45,537 nucleotides of DNA, filler included, from Jimgerdemannia flammicorona (GCA_003990765.1; 2 parts of 2 records of this genome joined end to end with filler, not necessarily neighbours in it); one strand, 5' to 3'; positions 1 through 13,601 are shown, numbered from the whole stretch's first letter. The notes: generated by a model from the sequence alone, not told the origin. Translations and numbers: made by a program.

Positions 1-90
1 TTGAGAGGTCTTTACTCTCTCTACTTCATTCCCTTACTCTCTATTTCTTGTAGCTCATCTTCTACATATCTCACTACTTGAAAAGGCCCC

Positions 91-335
91 TTTTATTTTT
101 ATTTTATTTAATAGATTATATATCATGTCTGGCTATCTGTCTTGATAATTATATCTCCCTTTTATTTTTATTTTATTTAATAAATTATTTTTATATCTAG
201 CTATCTGTCTTAATAATTATATCTAACTTTTATTTTCATTTTATTTAATAGATTATATTTTATATCTGGCTATCTGTCTCAATGATTATATCTTCCTTTT
301 ATTATTTTATTTGATGGGTTATATGTCATATCTAG
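91..335. repeat. AT-rich degenerate tandem repeat, ~69-bp unit, ~3.5 copies
   Basis: Unit TTTTATTTTTATTTTATTTAATAGATTATA..TCTGGCTATCTGTCT..AATTATATCT recurs at ~91, 160, 228 and 297, and is cut by the family A LTR at 336. Confidence 0.85.
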
Positions 336-1663
336 TATGATAAGTAAATAGAATAATATAGCCAAATAATGTGAGTTCTTAGCATAATATAGTTACTTAT
401 ATACATTATACTTATAATTAGCCAGGATACTGAATCAAGGTTGTTTATCTATATCCAGTGGATACACTTATATTCTGCAGATATACTTATGTCTTACAGA
501 TATACTTATATCCTGTAGACACATTCATATCTTAAGGATATACCCAAACATTACTAGAGATACATAGTAAATCTATAATTATTTAGATAGTAACCAGATA
601 GCAACCATAATATATAAAATACCCCAGAGATAAGAGTGAATAAACCTCAGTCCAAATTAAAGTACAAATTAAAGAATTTTCTAAAGATTGAGCATTGGTC
701 TCCTTTTCCTACTTTGGTCCACTTTCTGATACAAAGCCTTAGTTTGCTTACTAGATAAGCCTGAAGATTTATTACCAAGTTTGAGTGAAGAACTTCACTA
801 CCTTTTAAAGAGAAATCTATTGCTTAAGAAATAAGTCACTATGTTTTAATTTGCTTACCAGATAAGTCTGAAGAGAAACTCACATTCTCAGAGAGCTCTT
901 AAGGAATCTTACTACAAGCTAGTCTCTTGATACAACTTTGTAGTAATTCATTTATACAAATGAAGCCAGTCTTTGATGTAACTTTACTAAGAAGAGAACC
1001 TTTCCCAGTAAGCTGCTGATTCAGAAAGAATCCACCACCAGCTTTTATTCTCAGAAGAGCTGATTCAGAAAGAATCTGCAACATCTGAGTTATCTGAGTT
1101 ATCCATATCACCTAAGTTATTCATCTGTTCTCAGTAAGAAGAATCCATACTATCCTTTATTCCCAGTGAGCCAATTTAGAAAGAATCCATGTCATCTAAG
1201 TTATTCAAGTTATTTGAATTATCTGTATTATCTGAGTTATTATTCAAGAAGCATGCTGATTCAGGAGAATCCACACCCAAATCAAGTTATCTGCCAGATT
1301 ACCAGATTGTACTGTATAAGAAATCTACTTGCACTATACAAGATCATCATACAGAAATCACATACTTTTAGAGATCATCATACTATATAGAGATTACCTG
1401 TCACTCAAGAAGAAATAATGCTAAATTACTAGTCTGCTATATATATACAAATCACCACTATACCCAGAGAACTATCTCAATAAGAAAATTGCCAGAATTG
1501 CTTGTAAATATCCAGCTTTGACTATTATACTACCAAATACTAACAAGGATATCAGAAATCTTAAAATATTTTATTACTTTTTAACAAAGTAACTGGGAGC
1601 TCAAGCCAAACTACATCAACTTCCAATCTTATAATTTGCCTCTATTGAGCTAGGCATGTTACA
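336..1663 (+). repeat. 5' LTR of family A (~1.33 kb)
   Basis: Starts TATGAT (decayed TGTGAT) and ends CATGTTACA. Matches the LTR at 35459-37855 (-). TATA-like ATATATAAAAT at ~610. Confidence 0.8.
451..544. repeat. 19-bp tandem repeat x5 in LTR U3
   Basis: ATATCCAGTGGATACACTT, ATATTCTGCAGATATACTT, ATGTCTTACAGATATACTT, ATATCCTGTAGACACATTC, ATATCTTAAGGATATACC. Confidence 0.8.
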
Positions 1664-1683
1664 TTTAGGGGCTCAACTGAGAA
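1664..1683 (+). promoter_or_regulatory. Primer-binding site, tRNA-Pro-like
   Basis: TTTAGGGGCTCAACTGAGA directly follows the LTR end and resembles the tRNA-Pro PBS TGGGGGCTCG.CCGGGA after transitions. Confidence 0.6.
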
Positions 1684-1698
1684 GATTTCAAAATTGAC

Positions 1699-4600
1699 AT
1701 GACTTTTTAGCTCATAAGAACTTACAGCCAAACTGGATATATTTGATACAATATCAATCTTTGCCACTACAGGAGAACCAGTCATCATCAGTATTTAGAC
1801 AGAAAGAGAAGTAATTACCTCAAGACTTACCAATTATATAGTATTAGAAGGATCTTAACCAGAAGTCAGCATAGCTCAAAATCCTCAATCAGATCAACCA
1901 AACAATATAGGCAGCCTTGCTGGACACTTTGAAGAACTTGTATAAGAACTAGAAGACCTCATTATATAAGCCCAGCATCTAGCAGCCAGACACTCCAGAG
2001 AGGTTCCACTAGTCTCACCTATTGAATCCTTATTACCAGCCCTTACAGAATTAGAAGTAGCTTCTTCAAGAATATCTAGACTCATCTCACTTCATCTGAG
2101 ATCCATAATATTATCTCAAGATACCTAAGCACCCCCATTTCCAATAATAGTTCAGAAAGTGAATCAGAGTCAGAATCTGAATCAGAATCCAGATCAAAAT
2201 AAGAATCAGAAGAAAGTGATAATGAAATGACCACTTTCTTACCAACCTTTGCAGAATATCCAGAGGAAGACTCTAGAGAATTCCTTGATGGAATTGAGAG
2301 AATTGTAGCCCTGAGGAATCTCTCAGATAAAAGAAAAATTATCATCTATAAGGCCCAGCTCAGAGAACCAGCTAGAGGAATTTTTTACCAAATAGCAAAT
2401 AATCTACACTTAGAACTAGCAGTACAAATATAAGCAGCAGCATCTTATGAGCTAAAATACATAACCATGGTCTACTGGCTTATTGAAAAATATGTAAGAA
2501 ATGAAACCCACTACAAGGCTTAAGAATTCATTATGAGGATGAAGATGAATCTTAGAGAATTGCTCAGAGCATTCTTTATAAGAATTCAGAAGAGAATGTA
2601 TGCAGCCAGGTTCAATAGCACCAACTAAGACATCATAGATCCAATGATCATTATGAATGAAATTCTCCCAAACATTACTCAGTATATCTATATTCTAGAT
2701 ATCAGAAGGTCTGAAGAATAAGTAGATATAGTCCAAGGATTCTTTGATGTCAGACAAGGAACTACCTGGAGTAACCATGATAAGAAGAATAATAAAGAAG
2801 ATATCCTGGTCAAAGCCCTACAAGGACTCCTTCAAGAACAGAAGAGATCTAAAGAAAGAAGACTAGCTAAAGAAGGAAAGAAAGATAGGAGTAAAATTCA
2901 AGACCTCAGTTCCAAGTTGAACTGATTAGTTGGACAAATAAAAAAACTCACCATATGTGAAAATCTGAGCTATCAAGACAACAAAGAATACCCACCACAG
3001 AGGAGCCAAGGTTACTCACTCAGAAATAATAGGAATTACCAGCAAGAAGAAAGAAGATACTCTATCTGAGATAGAGTCCAAGTCCAATACTCTACTGTAG
3101 ACAATTCAGATACTATACCACTGAATGTGACAACAGAAGAAGTGACTGAAGGGACTCAGAACCATCAAACCAAAGAAATGAAACCTAGTATAAGAAGACT
3201 AAAGCCCATCCTGTTGGAGATTTTGAAGAAGAAAGCAATAGTGAAGACTACAATAACCTAGACTTGTATCCAACCAAAGTCACTACCCAAAAGATAGTTT
3301 ACCCAGCAGAGAAAAGGAAGAGACCTGTAGGAAGGTCATTCAGAAATATCAGCAAAAGAATCCAAAAAGAAAACAAAGAACATAAAGAGGAGTAAGTAGA
3401 AATATCCCCTGACTCCTTTACCTTTTGTCTCTAAGACAAATGAGCTGTCCCCAGAAGATGAGGAAATGGAATAAGAAGAACAGGAACCTACTGCCTCAAA
3501 GCCCAAGAAGAAGTACACCCTAAAGACCATGCTCAGAGATATCTACAATAAAGTCTGGCAAAAGATTCAAGAAGTCAAGATGGAAGTTCTCTCTTACAGT
3601 TTCTGTAACTGATACTAGCTGGAGTCCAAAATAAATTGCTGAGGACCACCAGGTCTAGCACTGGCTGAGTTTCAATCCTACAGTAAGAGTCAGCTCCCAT
3701 CCCTATCCAAGCTGCAAAGAGATATGTCAGCACTTACCTATATGGAGATATTGGAGGACAAAAAGTGAAAATTCTCTTAGACATAGGAGTAGCTGTCTGT
3801 GTCATTACCAAATAATTCCTGGATACCCTCTAATGGCCCATTGATGGACCATCCAATCTCAGCATTATAATAGCAGATGGAGCTCAAACTCAACTCCTTA
3901 AAGAAGTATGAAACATTACCATCTCCCTTGAACACATTCAGTTCTCCATTCCGAAGGCTGTTGTTACTGAAGCTGTCACCTATGATATGATTCTTGGCAC
4001 TAACTAGATGAAGAAAATGAATGCAGTTATTGATATCAGTCAAAATGTACTCAAGTTTAACTATCTAGGCAAAAAGTACAGAGTTAAGATGATCAGCTAT
4101 GAGTAATTAAAGAAGAAGAAGAAGTACTATTCAGAAAGAATATGCTAGTAGTGAAGAGTCTACTACTGAAGAGAAAGAAGAATCTGAAGATGGAAATGAT
4201 CTCAGACTCAATCCTTGAATCAACCTGGTATATAACAGATCAGAGGACAATGTGTGGGCCAAGAACACCATCTCTATCACCATTGGAGCCATTTTAGGAG
4301 AAATTAAAGGATGCCTTACCTGCCTCAAGAGACACAAGTGCTCTGAGTACTCCTCCAAGATCATTGAGATAAGGAATTTGCCTAGCACAGCTTGCCCTAA
4401 GTGCAGAAGAAAGAAGAAGAAATACAGACATATTTCAGAGACACCTATAACCAAAGCTGCAGAAGTACAAGTAATCTGGAGTCAAGAATTATCTGAGAAA
4501 AAAGAAACCCCTGAACAAGAAGTTCCTGAACAAGAAGAACCTAAAGAGAAAGAAGTTTTCAAACTCATTTTCTGGGATAACCCTTGCTGGACACCAACTG

Positions 4601-5445
4601 AAGATAATGACCCCTGGAATGTTGAAGAAGAACTCAGCATAATCTCTATTATTCCAAAATAAGAAACATGCTAAGAAAGGACTTTTTGGCTAGGAAGATA
4701 TCTATATCAAATAGTCTTTTACTCACTCCAAGACTACTGCTATCAGTGCTATCTACTAGTTAATAAGAAAGACAAAGACCCTGAAGATTGGAACCCCCAA
4801 CTATAGTTGCACAATCAACCACCTTCTAAGAAGTCACTACTAAGTTGCAAAGCTAATTTAGAGGATAAGGTCTCTTTACCTGAACAGAAGTATATCTCTT
4901 GGCCACTCTTTCTCCAACTTATGACCAAGATAGATACTGATTTCTAAGACAACAAAAGATCAATAACCAGGAATAGTATTTTTGAACAATGGGATATTGT
5001 AATCATAGAAGACACTCAGACTGCTGAGACTACAGACATTAGAAGATTCACCTCAGCCAGGATGTTGCAATCCACACCTTGAAGAGAGGAGATAACAGAG
5101 GTCAGATCTGAAAAAGCTGGACCAAGAAGCTAGGAAGAAGGACCCTCAAGATCTATAATTTAGGAGAAGATATCCTAACTTTCATCAGATATATAACTCA
5201 TCAAGAATGGATAGAAGATGTCACCAACTTCATGAAAGCCCTAGACCCTATAGAGAAAAGAGGAATCAATTATCTCTGAGACCTCTCTATTAGAGCCAGA
5301 TGACTATACCTCAACCTCAGAGTCTGGAGACTCTCTGCTAGTAGAGCTTCAGCCCAAGGACAGTCTGAACTCAGCAGAGATCTTATCTAGTATGTCATGC
5401 TACATCCTAAGGCCAAACCCCCAACCAAAGCTCACCAAGAGGATG
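1699..5445 (+). pseudogene. Decayed gag-protease polyprotein of family A
   Basis: Gag-like PTFAEYPEEDSREFLDGIERIV (2227-2433), decayed zinc knuckle at ~3085-3130, aspartyl protease at ~3720-4100, many transition-derived stops. Confidence 0.8.
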
Positions 5446-7085
5446 AGTATTTGGGATTGAGTGGAAAGTTGGAACATTTGCAGATAATATAGTAGTTAGC
5501 CTGGGTTTGATCACTGATATCGAGGTGCTTAAGGAGATAGTTGAGTAGTATGAGATACACTCTGGGGCTAAACTCAATTAACACAAGTGTGAGATAATAG
5601 TGTTGGGCAATGGTCTGGTAGAAGGGGATATCATTGGAACAATTATCTCTGCTGAGAAGATGGTATAATATCTGGGCATCTATCTTTTAGTATATGGGTC
5701 AGTCCTACCAAGACCTTGGTGAGAACAGCAGGTTGCAATTTGAGAGAAGGCCCTGCAGAGTTGGAAAGGCTGCCATCTGTCTCTAGCAGGATATGTTTTG
5801 ATTCTAAATGTCTACTGGCTACTGAAGTTATGATATTTGGCTTACTATCTGGACTTCTCAGTCTGAGTGATAAAGAGATTATTGAAACTAGTCAAGGAGT
5901 GGATTTGGGCTGGTAGAAGAAGTCAGATTAGCTGGGAAATCTTGTCTTTGCCAGTGGCTAGAGGGGGCCTTGGGCTAGTTGACTTTCTGAAGAGGCTGTA
6001 TTGTCTAAGAGTATGGTGGCTGAAGAGAGCTATAGAGCTGAGGAGTGGTAGCTGGGTTCTTCTGATAAAGAGGGTCTGAGAGATGAGGTCTTTGCTAAGA
6101 GGCTCTATAGGGGATCTACTGTCCTTGGTGGGGCTTCAGAATATGGGGTATATGTGGTATAAGAGTTTCTGATAGAGAGTAGTAGATAGTATATATTGTA
6201 TTAGAATTTGCTAGAGAGGAGATAAAGGAGAGATACCTTGGGATCTAGCAATATGGAGATGGGACCAAGTACTATTGGAGAGTGTCCTCCTAATTGATTT
6301 TAATATTAGTAATGGGGTCAAGTGCCAGAGAGGGGTTAGGACAGGATTTGTGGCCTGGTGGATGGCAGTTGGCAGGTATTGGAGAGGAGTGGGACTGTAA
6401 TGGGGTCTGGGTCTGAAGTGCTGAGATAAGGCAGTAGCTGTTACTGAAGTACTGGATGGTCTAGTGGTGTATACTGCAGAGGAATATCATGCTCAACTTT
6501 TACTCAGACCACCTTATTAAGGAGAGTAGCTTTAACTGTAAGAAGTACTACAATGTTGAACAGGAAGAGGGATCTGTGCAGATATCAGAACATTGACTGA
6601 GAGAGTATAAGGTACTTAGTGACTTTTGAATAGCAGTTGGGAATTGATTAGGTATTGTATATAGGGGGGATGATGAGAGAGATTGGTGGGAGGATTTGAG
6701 GAATAGATTGGTAGGGGGGGTTGAGAAGAAGTGGCTTACTGTAGGTTGGATATTGGTTATATAGATGGGGCTGGCAGGGTACTGGTTGTTTGTTTTTGAG
6801 GAGGAGAGGCAGCCAGGCTTAGGGGTATGACTGTTGAGATGAGAAGGATTGATGGAGGACATTTTGATAGACTGGTGGCTAGGTTGGGGTTGGCAGAGTG
6901 GTCAGCAGCATTGTTTGGTAGAAAAAATCTGTAGGCAGAGTAGAGGGAGAATTGGGGTAGTGGGTGATAAGGTGGTTTTCAAATGTGAAAGAGTGGGAGG
7001 AGCTCCCCTATAGAGATTAGGTAGTGGGAGGAGAAACTGTACTTATATCAATAGACTGGTAATAAATGGCAAAGTCTAAGTGATA
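5446..7085 (+). mobile_element. 5'-truncated L1/Tx1-like LINE (3' part of ORF2)
   Basis: RT motif WKVGTFADNIVV, SWEILSLPVARGGLGL, decayed C-terminal zinc knuckle at ~6535-6630, ORF2 stop at ~7079, AATAAA at 7061. Homologous to 25000-25930 (-). Confidence 0.85.
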
Positions 7086-7366
7086 AAATATAGATTAGCC
7101 TCATATAACATGACTGTAAACTGACTCAGCAGTCAAATGATCTCTTGATATATCAGATCACACTTATACTATATGACTGTATTCTGACTCAGCAAGGTAC
7201 TAAGTGCTATATCTATATTCAGCATAGTCTAGATAGCCCCCTATTAGTATAAATATTCTCTCTCCTAGACCTCAGAATCTCAGACTTGAACAGATAAAAA
7301 TACAACTTTTGAACACTTCTCCACAATATTCTTTCACACAACTACTCCTAATATAGCAATATCATA
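7086..7366 (+). repeat. Putative distal remnant of the family B 5' LTR
   Basis: TATAAATA at ~7248, end ATATCATA (decayed ..CA) followed by PBS-like AATAGTGAATAAACC. No matching second copy is visible in the window. Confidence 0.4.
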
Positions 7367-7484
7367 AATAGTGAATAAACCTATTTAATAACCCACAAAT
7401 TACTCTTAAGTAAATCTACTCTCTATTATGTCCCACTCCTAACTATATTATGAAATTTCCTAATTGAGTATTGTCTGCAGTAAT

Positions 7485-9700
7485 ATGCCAATTCAACTAA
7501 ACTGGTCTTAGTTTCTTAAACTTTCAGAAATATGAAAAATCCTGAACATCCAGAACTAGTCTGAAAAAGAACTTTGATTGAGATATCAATCTGATCTAGA
7601 AATCAATAAGTATAGAGAATATACTCTATATAAAATTGATCTTGACCTTAGTCTTCCAGAATATTCAGAACTTTCAGAAAACTCTTTCAGAACTACATAA
7701 CAGTTACCCTAATAAGTAATCCTCTTACAACTTAGTAGTAGCAGTTTACAATCCAATTTCACTTCAAGATATTTTCTCACCCCACTACAAACCTCTATAA
7801 GAATTTCTACAAGTTAGTATAAAGCCCAACCTCTGAACTAGAATTTATTCTGAACTATCTGACAATCTGGAGAGAATTGAATCTAACATATAAGGACAAT
7901 TTGACCTTCATATCTATAACAAGTGGAATAGACTTTATCAATAAAAAGAAGTACTCCAATTAAATCAGCAGATAGGTGAAACTCTATATACCAAACTCCT
8001 TACTCTACACTCTACAAGTCAAGATAAAGAAGGTCTTATAAAAGCCTTCTTTGTTCTTCTCAACAAGAGTTTTGTCAGCTTCACAAATCTGAGCAACCTA
8101 GGACAACCAGTAGCTGTCTTTCTAGCCTTAGTTTCTCATAAAGCCCAAGCCTCTGTAGCCAAGTAGCTCAACTCTACTGACTTTCACTGCACAAGGACCA
8201 AGACTGCCTTATACTACTACTTTCAGAATTGCAAGGCCCACCATATTTTTAAAGAAGAAGCAAGAGAAACTCTTCATCAATAACCTAACCCTGAACCAGA
8301 AGTAGGCTTAGCTATAACTCTACCTAAAATCAAAATTAATACTGAAATAGAACTGGACTTTGAATTAAGCCTATCTGATATCTGATATACAACTGATTCT
8401 ATCTACTTTGATACCAAGCAAACCCAATTACATAGAGACCAAAGCCAAGAGAAGGAGGAGTATCTTAGTGAATTCAATTCCAGATATACTACTGAAGGAG
8501 ATACATCTCCATTAGGAAAAAATATACCTATATAGCAACAGACAGCTATTCATCAAGCCCTTACTTCAGACTCACAACAGTTACTCTAGCAACTTATACA
8601 GACTCAAAAAACACTATCATATTCTGCACCAGTATCTCAAGTTATACTAGTAACACTACTATCAGTAGTCTAACTGTCTCTAGTAAATAATATGGCAAAT
8701 CAACATATTCTAGACCTTATAGCCCAAATAGTCATAATGGTAGCAACCATTACTATCTTAGCTAAACAGATCTGACCAATAAAAAATCTGAGCCTACTTA
8801 CCTTCAATGGTACTGCACAAGAAGTCCAAAGCTTCATTAGTATAGTTGATATCAATTTCAAAGCCAACTAATAGACCAATGAATGAGTTGCTGACCACCT
8901 TCTAACAAACACTCAAGACCACACTCTGGAACAACTCTTTACTACTACTACAGTCTATGTTTGTCAAGTTGTTATATTCTTCTGAGGACCTGCTAAAGAA
9001 TGGTGGTAAACTCTTCTTAAAAAACCCCTCATATAGGACACCCAACCTATAGTTATTGCCCAAAATGCAGCAAATAATGCCCTAGGATATAGAGCCTATC
9101 CTATAGCCCCTGGACTCAAATAACTCATAATTGCTCAATATTACAGTGAAATAATGATTACTAAATCTCAAGTTAAACTCTACAACCTCAAATTTAATAT
9201 ATATAGTAAGGAGAAATTCAAACTCTTCTATATAAAACTCAAGTCACTCCTGAACACCATTGGTCTAGGATATATTGCCAATGATGAAGCACAAAATAGT
9301 ACAAGAGTAAACTATTTATTCAATATACTATCCAAATGGCTTACAAGAAAAATCTGAGAATAAGGATGCCTAGTTGGTTGTAATTACTAACAATGGTACC
9401 TAGTAAGAATCAAGACTATAGTCATGTAAATTCTAACAGCCAGACCAATTCTGCCTCAAAGACAATTTAACAATAAGGAAAAAACTTGGACTAAGAAAGA
9501 AGAACCCAAGTATGAAACATTCTGAGCTCCCTCTATATCTACTTTTTGGACACCTTGAAATCCTGAACCTACCCAGCCAAGTATCTTTAAGAAACTCATT
9601 GAAGGAGAAAGAAATGAACTTCATAGAAGCAGAGCATACTTCTATTACTGAAAGATGGGATATATGGCCAGTGTCTACCCCAACTGAAAATTCTGAACAG
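7485..9700 (+). pseudogene. gag: Decayed long gag region of family B
   Basis: Gag-like TFNGTAQEVQSFI at ~8800 and decayed CCHC knuckle YFYY*KMGYMASVYP at ~9637-9681. Start is approximate. Confidence 0.6.
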
Positions 9701-9754
9701 CAACAGGAGCAACTGTTACTACTCTGTACTACCTAAACAATCTGATTACCAAAA

Positions 9755-10165
9755 CACTGAACTTTATTAAGTTAAAACAAACTACCAAGACCCTAACCAA
9801 AGAAAGTCAAAAAAGCAGTTAGATACAATCTATATATAGTCAAAGAAGCTATAGTTTCTAACTGAGAAGTTAAGCAAGTCTATATAGGAATCAGCATCCA
9901 AATTTCTGAAAGATATATTAGAAGGATATGCTATTACAGTAATCTAGCACTGAAAGAACTCTCAGTAGAAAGAGAAGTTATTGATGAAGATTATATAGGC
10001 AAAATCATTGTCCTCATCTGAAACCATGGTTGAATACTCTTCAAGATCTCTATTGATTTCTGTATTGCTCAGATCCTACTCAAGAAAATTGAGTCAACCC
10101 TCATGTCAAAGAAGTCTCTGAACTACTGTCTACTATCCAAGGATCCAAAGGATTTGGTTCATCAA
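9755..10165 (+). pseudogene. dut: dUTPase domain of family B
   Basis: Decayed motifs RYNL (GYDL), SNLA (SGLA), VIDEDYIGKI, IAQI and C-terminal KGFGSS. Confidence 0.85.
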
Positions 10166-10389
10166 ATAAGACTCTAGTTCAATCTACCATAAGTAAGGAA
10201 GAACAATTCTATAAGAAAATTAAAGATGGTTATGTACCAAGTGGCTAATACCCCTATAGTATTAGAATATACTCTTTTTGAATAATTGATGATTACTTCT
10301 CTTATGTCAATGAACTGGCCCAAAGAAGAACCAATAGAAGAAAAGCTCCTATAACCAAAATTACTAGCATTAGATCAAACAAACTACTT

Positions 10390-13129
10390 ATACTTCAAGC
10401 TTTTATCAATTGAGCACTTGTCAAGATCATGATAGATAGTGGTATCTCAGGCAACTTTATCAATAAAGAAATAGCCAACAGACTCAAGGTTCTGACCTCT
10501 CTGGTACAACAAACTCAAGCAGTTGCCACAGCTAATAGAATCTCACATATTATTAGCAAGAAAGTCTATAATCTACTCTTTCAAATTGGTAACTACTGAG
10601 TATATATTATACTTCAGATTATACCACTTCCTGATAATGAAATTATCCTTGGGACCTCATGGTTAAAATAAGAGAACCTTATGATTAATTGGATAAATTA
10701 TTCTCTGCTCATCAAGAAAAGACACTATAACTTCAAACTATAAGATAAAAAAGACCCACTCAGTTCTAGTAATTCTAGACCAAAGGTCACTCATATTAAT
10801 AAGCTATAACTCAAGAAGTTAGTCAAGAAATACCCTCTCTTTGCTATCTTTATCTGTCCATCAAAAAGAGAATCTGAAAACCTAGAAGAAGACTTTTTCA
10901 AAGTTAATAGCCATATTAGACTACTACTCCAGAAATTCTGAGATATATTTCCAAAGAAACTCCCAAAAAGTCTATCACCTAAATGAGCAGTAGACCATAT
11001 CAAGATCATCTCAGATACCAAGCCAGTCTTTAAGTCAATCTACTATATATCTCTAAGAGAAATCAATACACTTAAGAAAGAGATTGAAAAACTCTTAGAA
11101 TAAGGATTTATTAGATCTAATATATTACTCTATAATATACTAGTTCTTTTTGTTGTCAAGAAAGAAGAAAATCTGTAAATATATATTAATTATTGAGACC
11201 TCAATAAACAGACTATTAAGAACTATTGCCCACTATCTTGAATCAATGATATATTTGATAGACTTACCAATCCATAATTTATGAGCTCTTTTGACCTATG
11301 AAATGATTACTAACAAATTGCTATAAAAGAAGAAGACATCTACAAGACAGCCTTCTGAACTCACTATAGATATTTTAAGTTCTTAATTATACTCTTTGGC
11401 TTAACTAATGCTTCTACAACTTTTCAGACACTGATAAATACTATTCTGTACCTATACCTGGATAAATTTATTATTGTCTGTATTGATAACATCCTGGTCT
11501 TCAGCAAAATTCTGAAGAAACATCTCAAATATCTTGAACTAGTACTACTGAAACTCTGAGAAAATAGACTCTTTGCAAAACTCAGTAAATGCAAATTTTT
11601 TCTGAAGGAAATTCAATTTTTTAAATATTGTCATATCAAATAGAATCAAAGTAGACTCCAGCAAAATCTCTATAATTAAGAATTAGCCTAGACTAAAGAA
11701 GCTGAAAGACCTTCAGTCATTCTTAGGACTAGTAAACTATTACTAATAATTTATTACAAACTTTGCCAAGATCACTACTATTCTTACCTAAATAACTAAG
11801 TACAGCAAGAAAGAAGAATAGCTCTGGACCACAAAATAAGAAAAAGACTTCAACAACCTTATAAATTGGGGATCTGAACAAGATACAGTCTTTTAAGTAC
11901 TAAAAGATGTCTTGATAACCACTCTAGTACTCCAAGCAGCAAACTCTACCCTATCTTATGAAGTTACTACTGATGTCTCTGACCTAGCTCTTAGAGCAGT
12001 ACTCATGCAATAAGGACACTCTGTGGCCTATCATTCTCAAAAGTTCAATGATGCTAAAATCAAATATACAATCTATAAGAAGAAAATGTTAGCCATTATA
12101 GACACTCTGATCAAATAGCAGCCCAATCTCAAAGGAGCACACTTCACTATATTGACAGACCACAAATCATTAGTCAACATCAAGGCCCAGGCTACTCTTT
12201 CCCAAAAGCAAGCCAGATAGATGAAAGTCCTCACCAACTTTGACTACAAAATCCAGTATCACTCTAGTAAGGAAAATATTATTACTGATACAATCTCCAG
12301 ACCACTAATTGAAGAAGTTATCCAAACTCTCACCTTAGTTATCAACTCTATCATAGAACAAATTGTCACAGCATATGCTAATGATAAAGAAGCTCAAGCA
12401 CTTTGAGAAATTCTGAATAGTGATGATATTGACAAGAATACTTAGTATCATTAATACTAACTGAAGGACAATACCATCTACTATAAGAACAGATTGTATA
12501 TTTCTAACAATTGAGACCTCCAAAGGACCATTCTATTCAAATGTTATAATACTTCTATAGTTAGATATTTAGGATTTGATAAATGCTATGAAGTTATTTT
12601 TTAATACTTCAATTGGTCTCATATGGCTGATTAGCTAAAGATCTATATTACTTTCTGTGATATGTACTTACTAATGTAATAAGTTCTCAACACTAGTAAA
12701 ACCTAGTCTACTCCACCCTATTCTATCTACTAATTGAGAATAAATTTCTATGGACTTTATTGTATAACTACTCTGAACCAAGAATGAGAAAGATACAATT
12801 GTTATATTTATGGACTATCTCAGCAAACAAGCATACTTTGTGCCTACTACTACTACTGCAATAGCACCAGATATGTATAGCCATACTCTTGTTTGACAAC
12901 ATCTTTTGCTATTATGGTCTCTCTAAGATTATTATTAGTAATTAAGACCTAAAATTCACCAGTCACTTTGGAAAGCCCTCCATATACACCTTGGAATAAA
13001 ACTTATACTATTTATAGCCTTTTACTCTAAAACTGACAGCCAAACTGAAAGAATGAATCAAACTCTAGAACAAATACTAAAGAACTATATTTTCTATAGA
13101 TAAGATGATTGGTATGAATATCTTACTAT
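10390..13129 (+). pseudogene. pol: Protease, RT, RNase H and integrase 5' part of family B
   Basis: VKIMIDSGISGNFI; LFGLTNASTTFQ; VCIDNILVFS; VTTDVSDLALRAVL; ILTDHKSL; ISMDFIV; TDSQTERMNQTLEQ. Confidence 0.9.
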
Positions 13130-13533
13130 TGTAACATTTTAGTATAGTTTATTTCTTTTCCTTATCTTTCTTCAATATTCTATGATCTTCTGGTACTTTC
13201 TGAATGCTTAGAAATCCTTTCTTGGTACCGAGCATTAACTAGTACTTATTTAGTTAGTCACTGAATGTCCTGGAAACTTGTAGAACTTTATTTGTCATTA
13301 TTTGTCATCTTTGCCAAGAACTTTCCTCTTGGTATTTTCCTTTGATTTCTCAGATCCTTCCAGATCCTTCTTTCAGATCTTGTATAAATATTCCCTTTGT
13401 TCTCATGAATAAAGCCTCAGAATATTTTCTCTCAGAAATCCTTCGAAGAATACTTAAATTCTTAGTATCTCTTCGAGCTACTTAAGACCACCAGACTTAG
13501 TCACTTTCTTATTTAGAAACTAGAACTGTTACA
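13130..13533 (+). repeat. 5' LTR of element C
   Basis: TGTAAC...GTTACA with internal TATAAATA and AATAAA; ~95% identical to 18766-19169. Confidence 0.97.
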
Positions 13534-13550
13534 CTTGATAGCAGTGGTGA
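13534..13550 (+). promoter_or_regulatory. PBS, initiator tRNA-Met-like
   Basis: CTTGATAGCAG here and CTTGGTAGCAG in copy 2 (44390); TGGTAGCAG is complementary to the 3' end of many tRNA-iMet. Confidence 0.65.
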
Positions 13551-13601
13551 AGTTACACCTAGTCTTATCAAGACACCTCTCAAGATATCAGTTACAACAC
13601 T

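Larger units (their letters stand above)
336..5445 (+). mobile_element. Ty3/Gypsy LTR retrotransposon family A, copy 1 (5' LTR, gag, protease, spacer; truncated at dUTPase start)
   Basis: Homologous to the reverse complement of the 35459-44019 element (LTR, and gag end to dUTPase start). Protease motif KVKILLDIGVAVCVI at ~3760-3810. Ends in dUTPase N-terminus LHPKAKPPTKAHQED at ~5400-5445. Confidence 0.9.

Noticed and set aside
899..1390. Short ORFs within the family A LTR
   Set aside because: Not conserved as frames in the second LTR copy and no motifs.
7120..7195. TGACTCAGC twice, matching GCTGAGTCA at ~20423, as evidence of LTR homology
   Set aside because: Only a 9-bp AP-1-like motif in opposite orientation; the flanks do not align.
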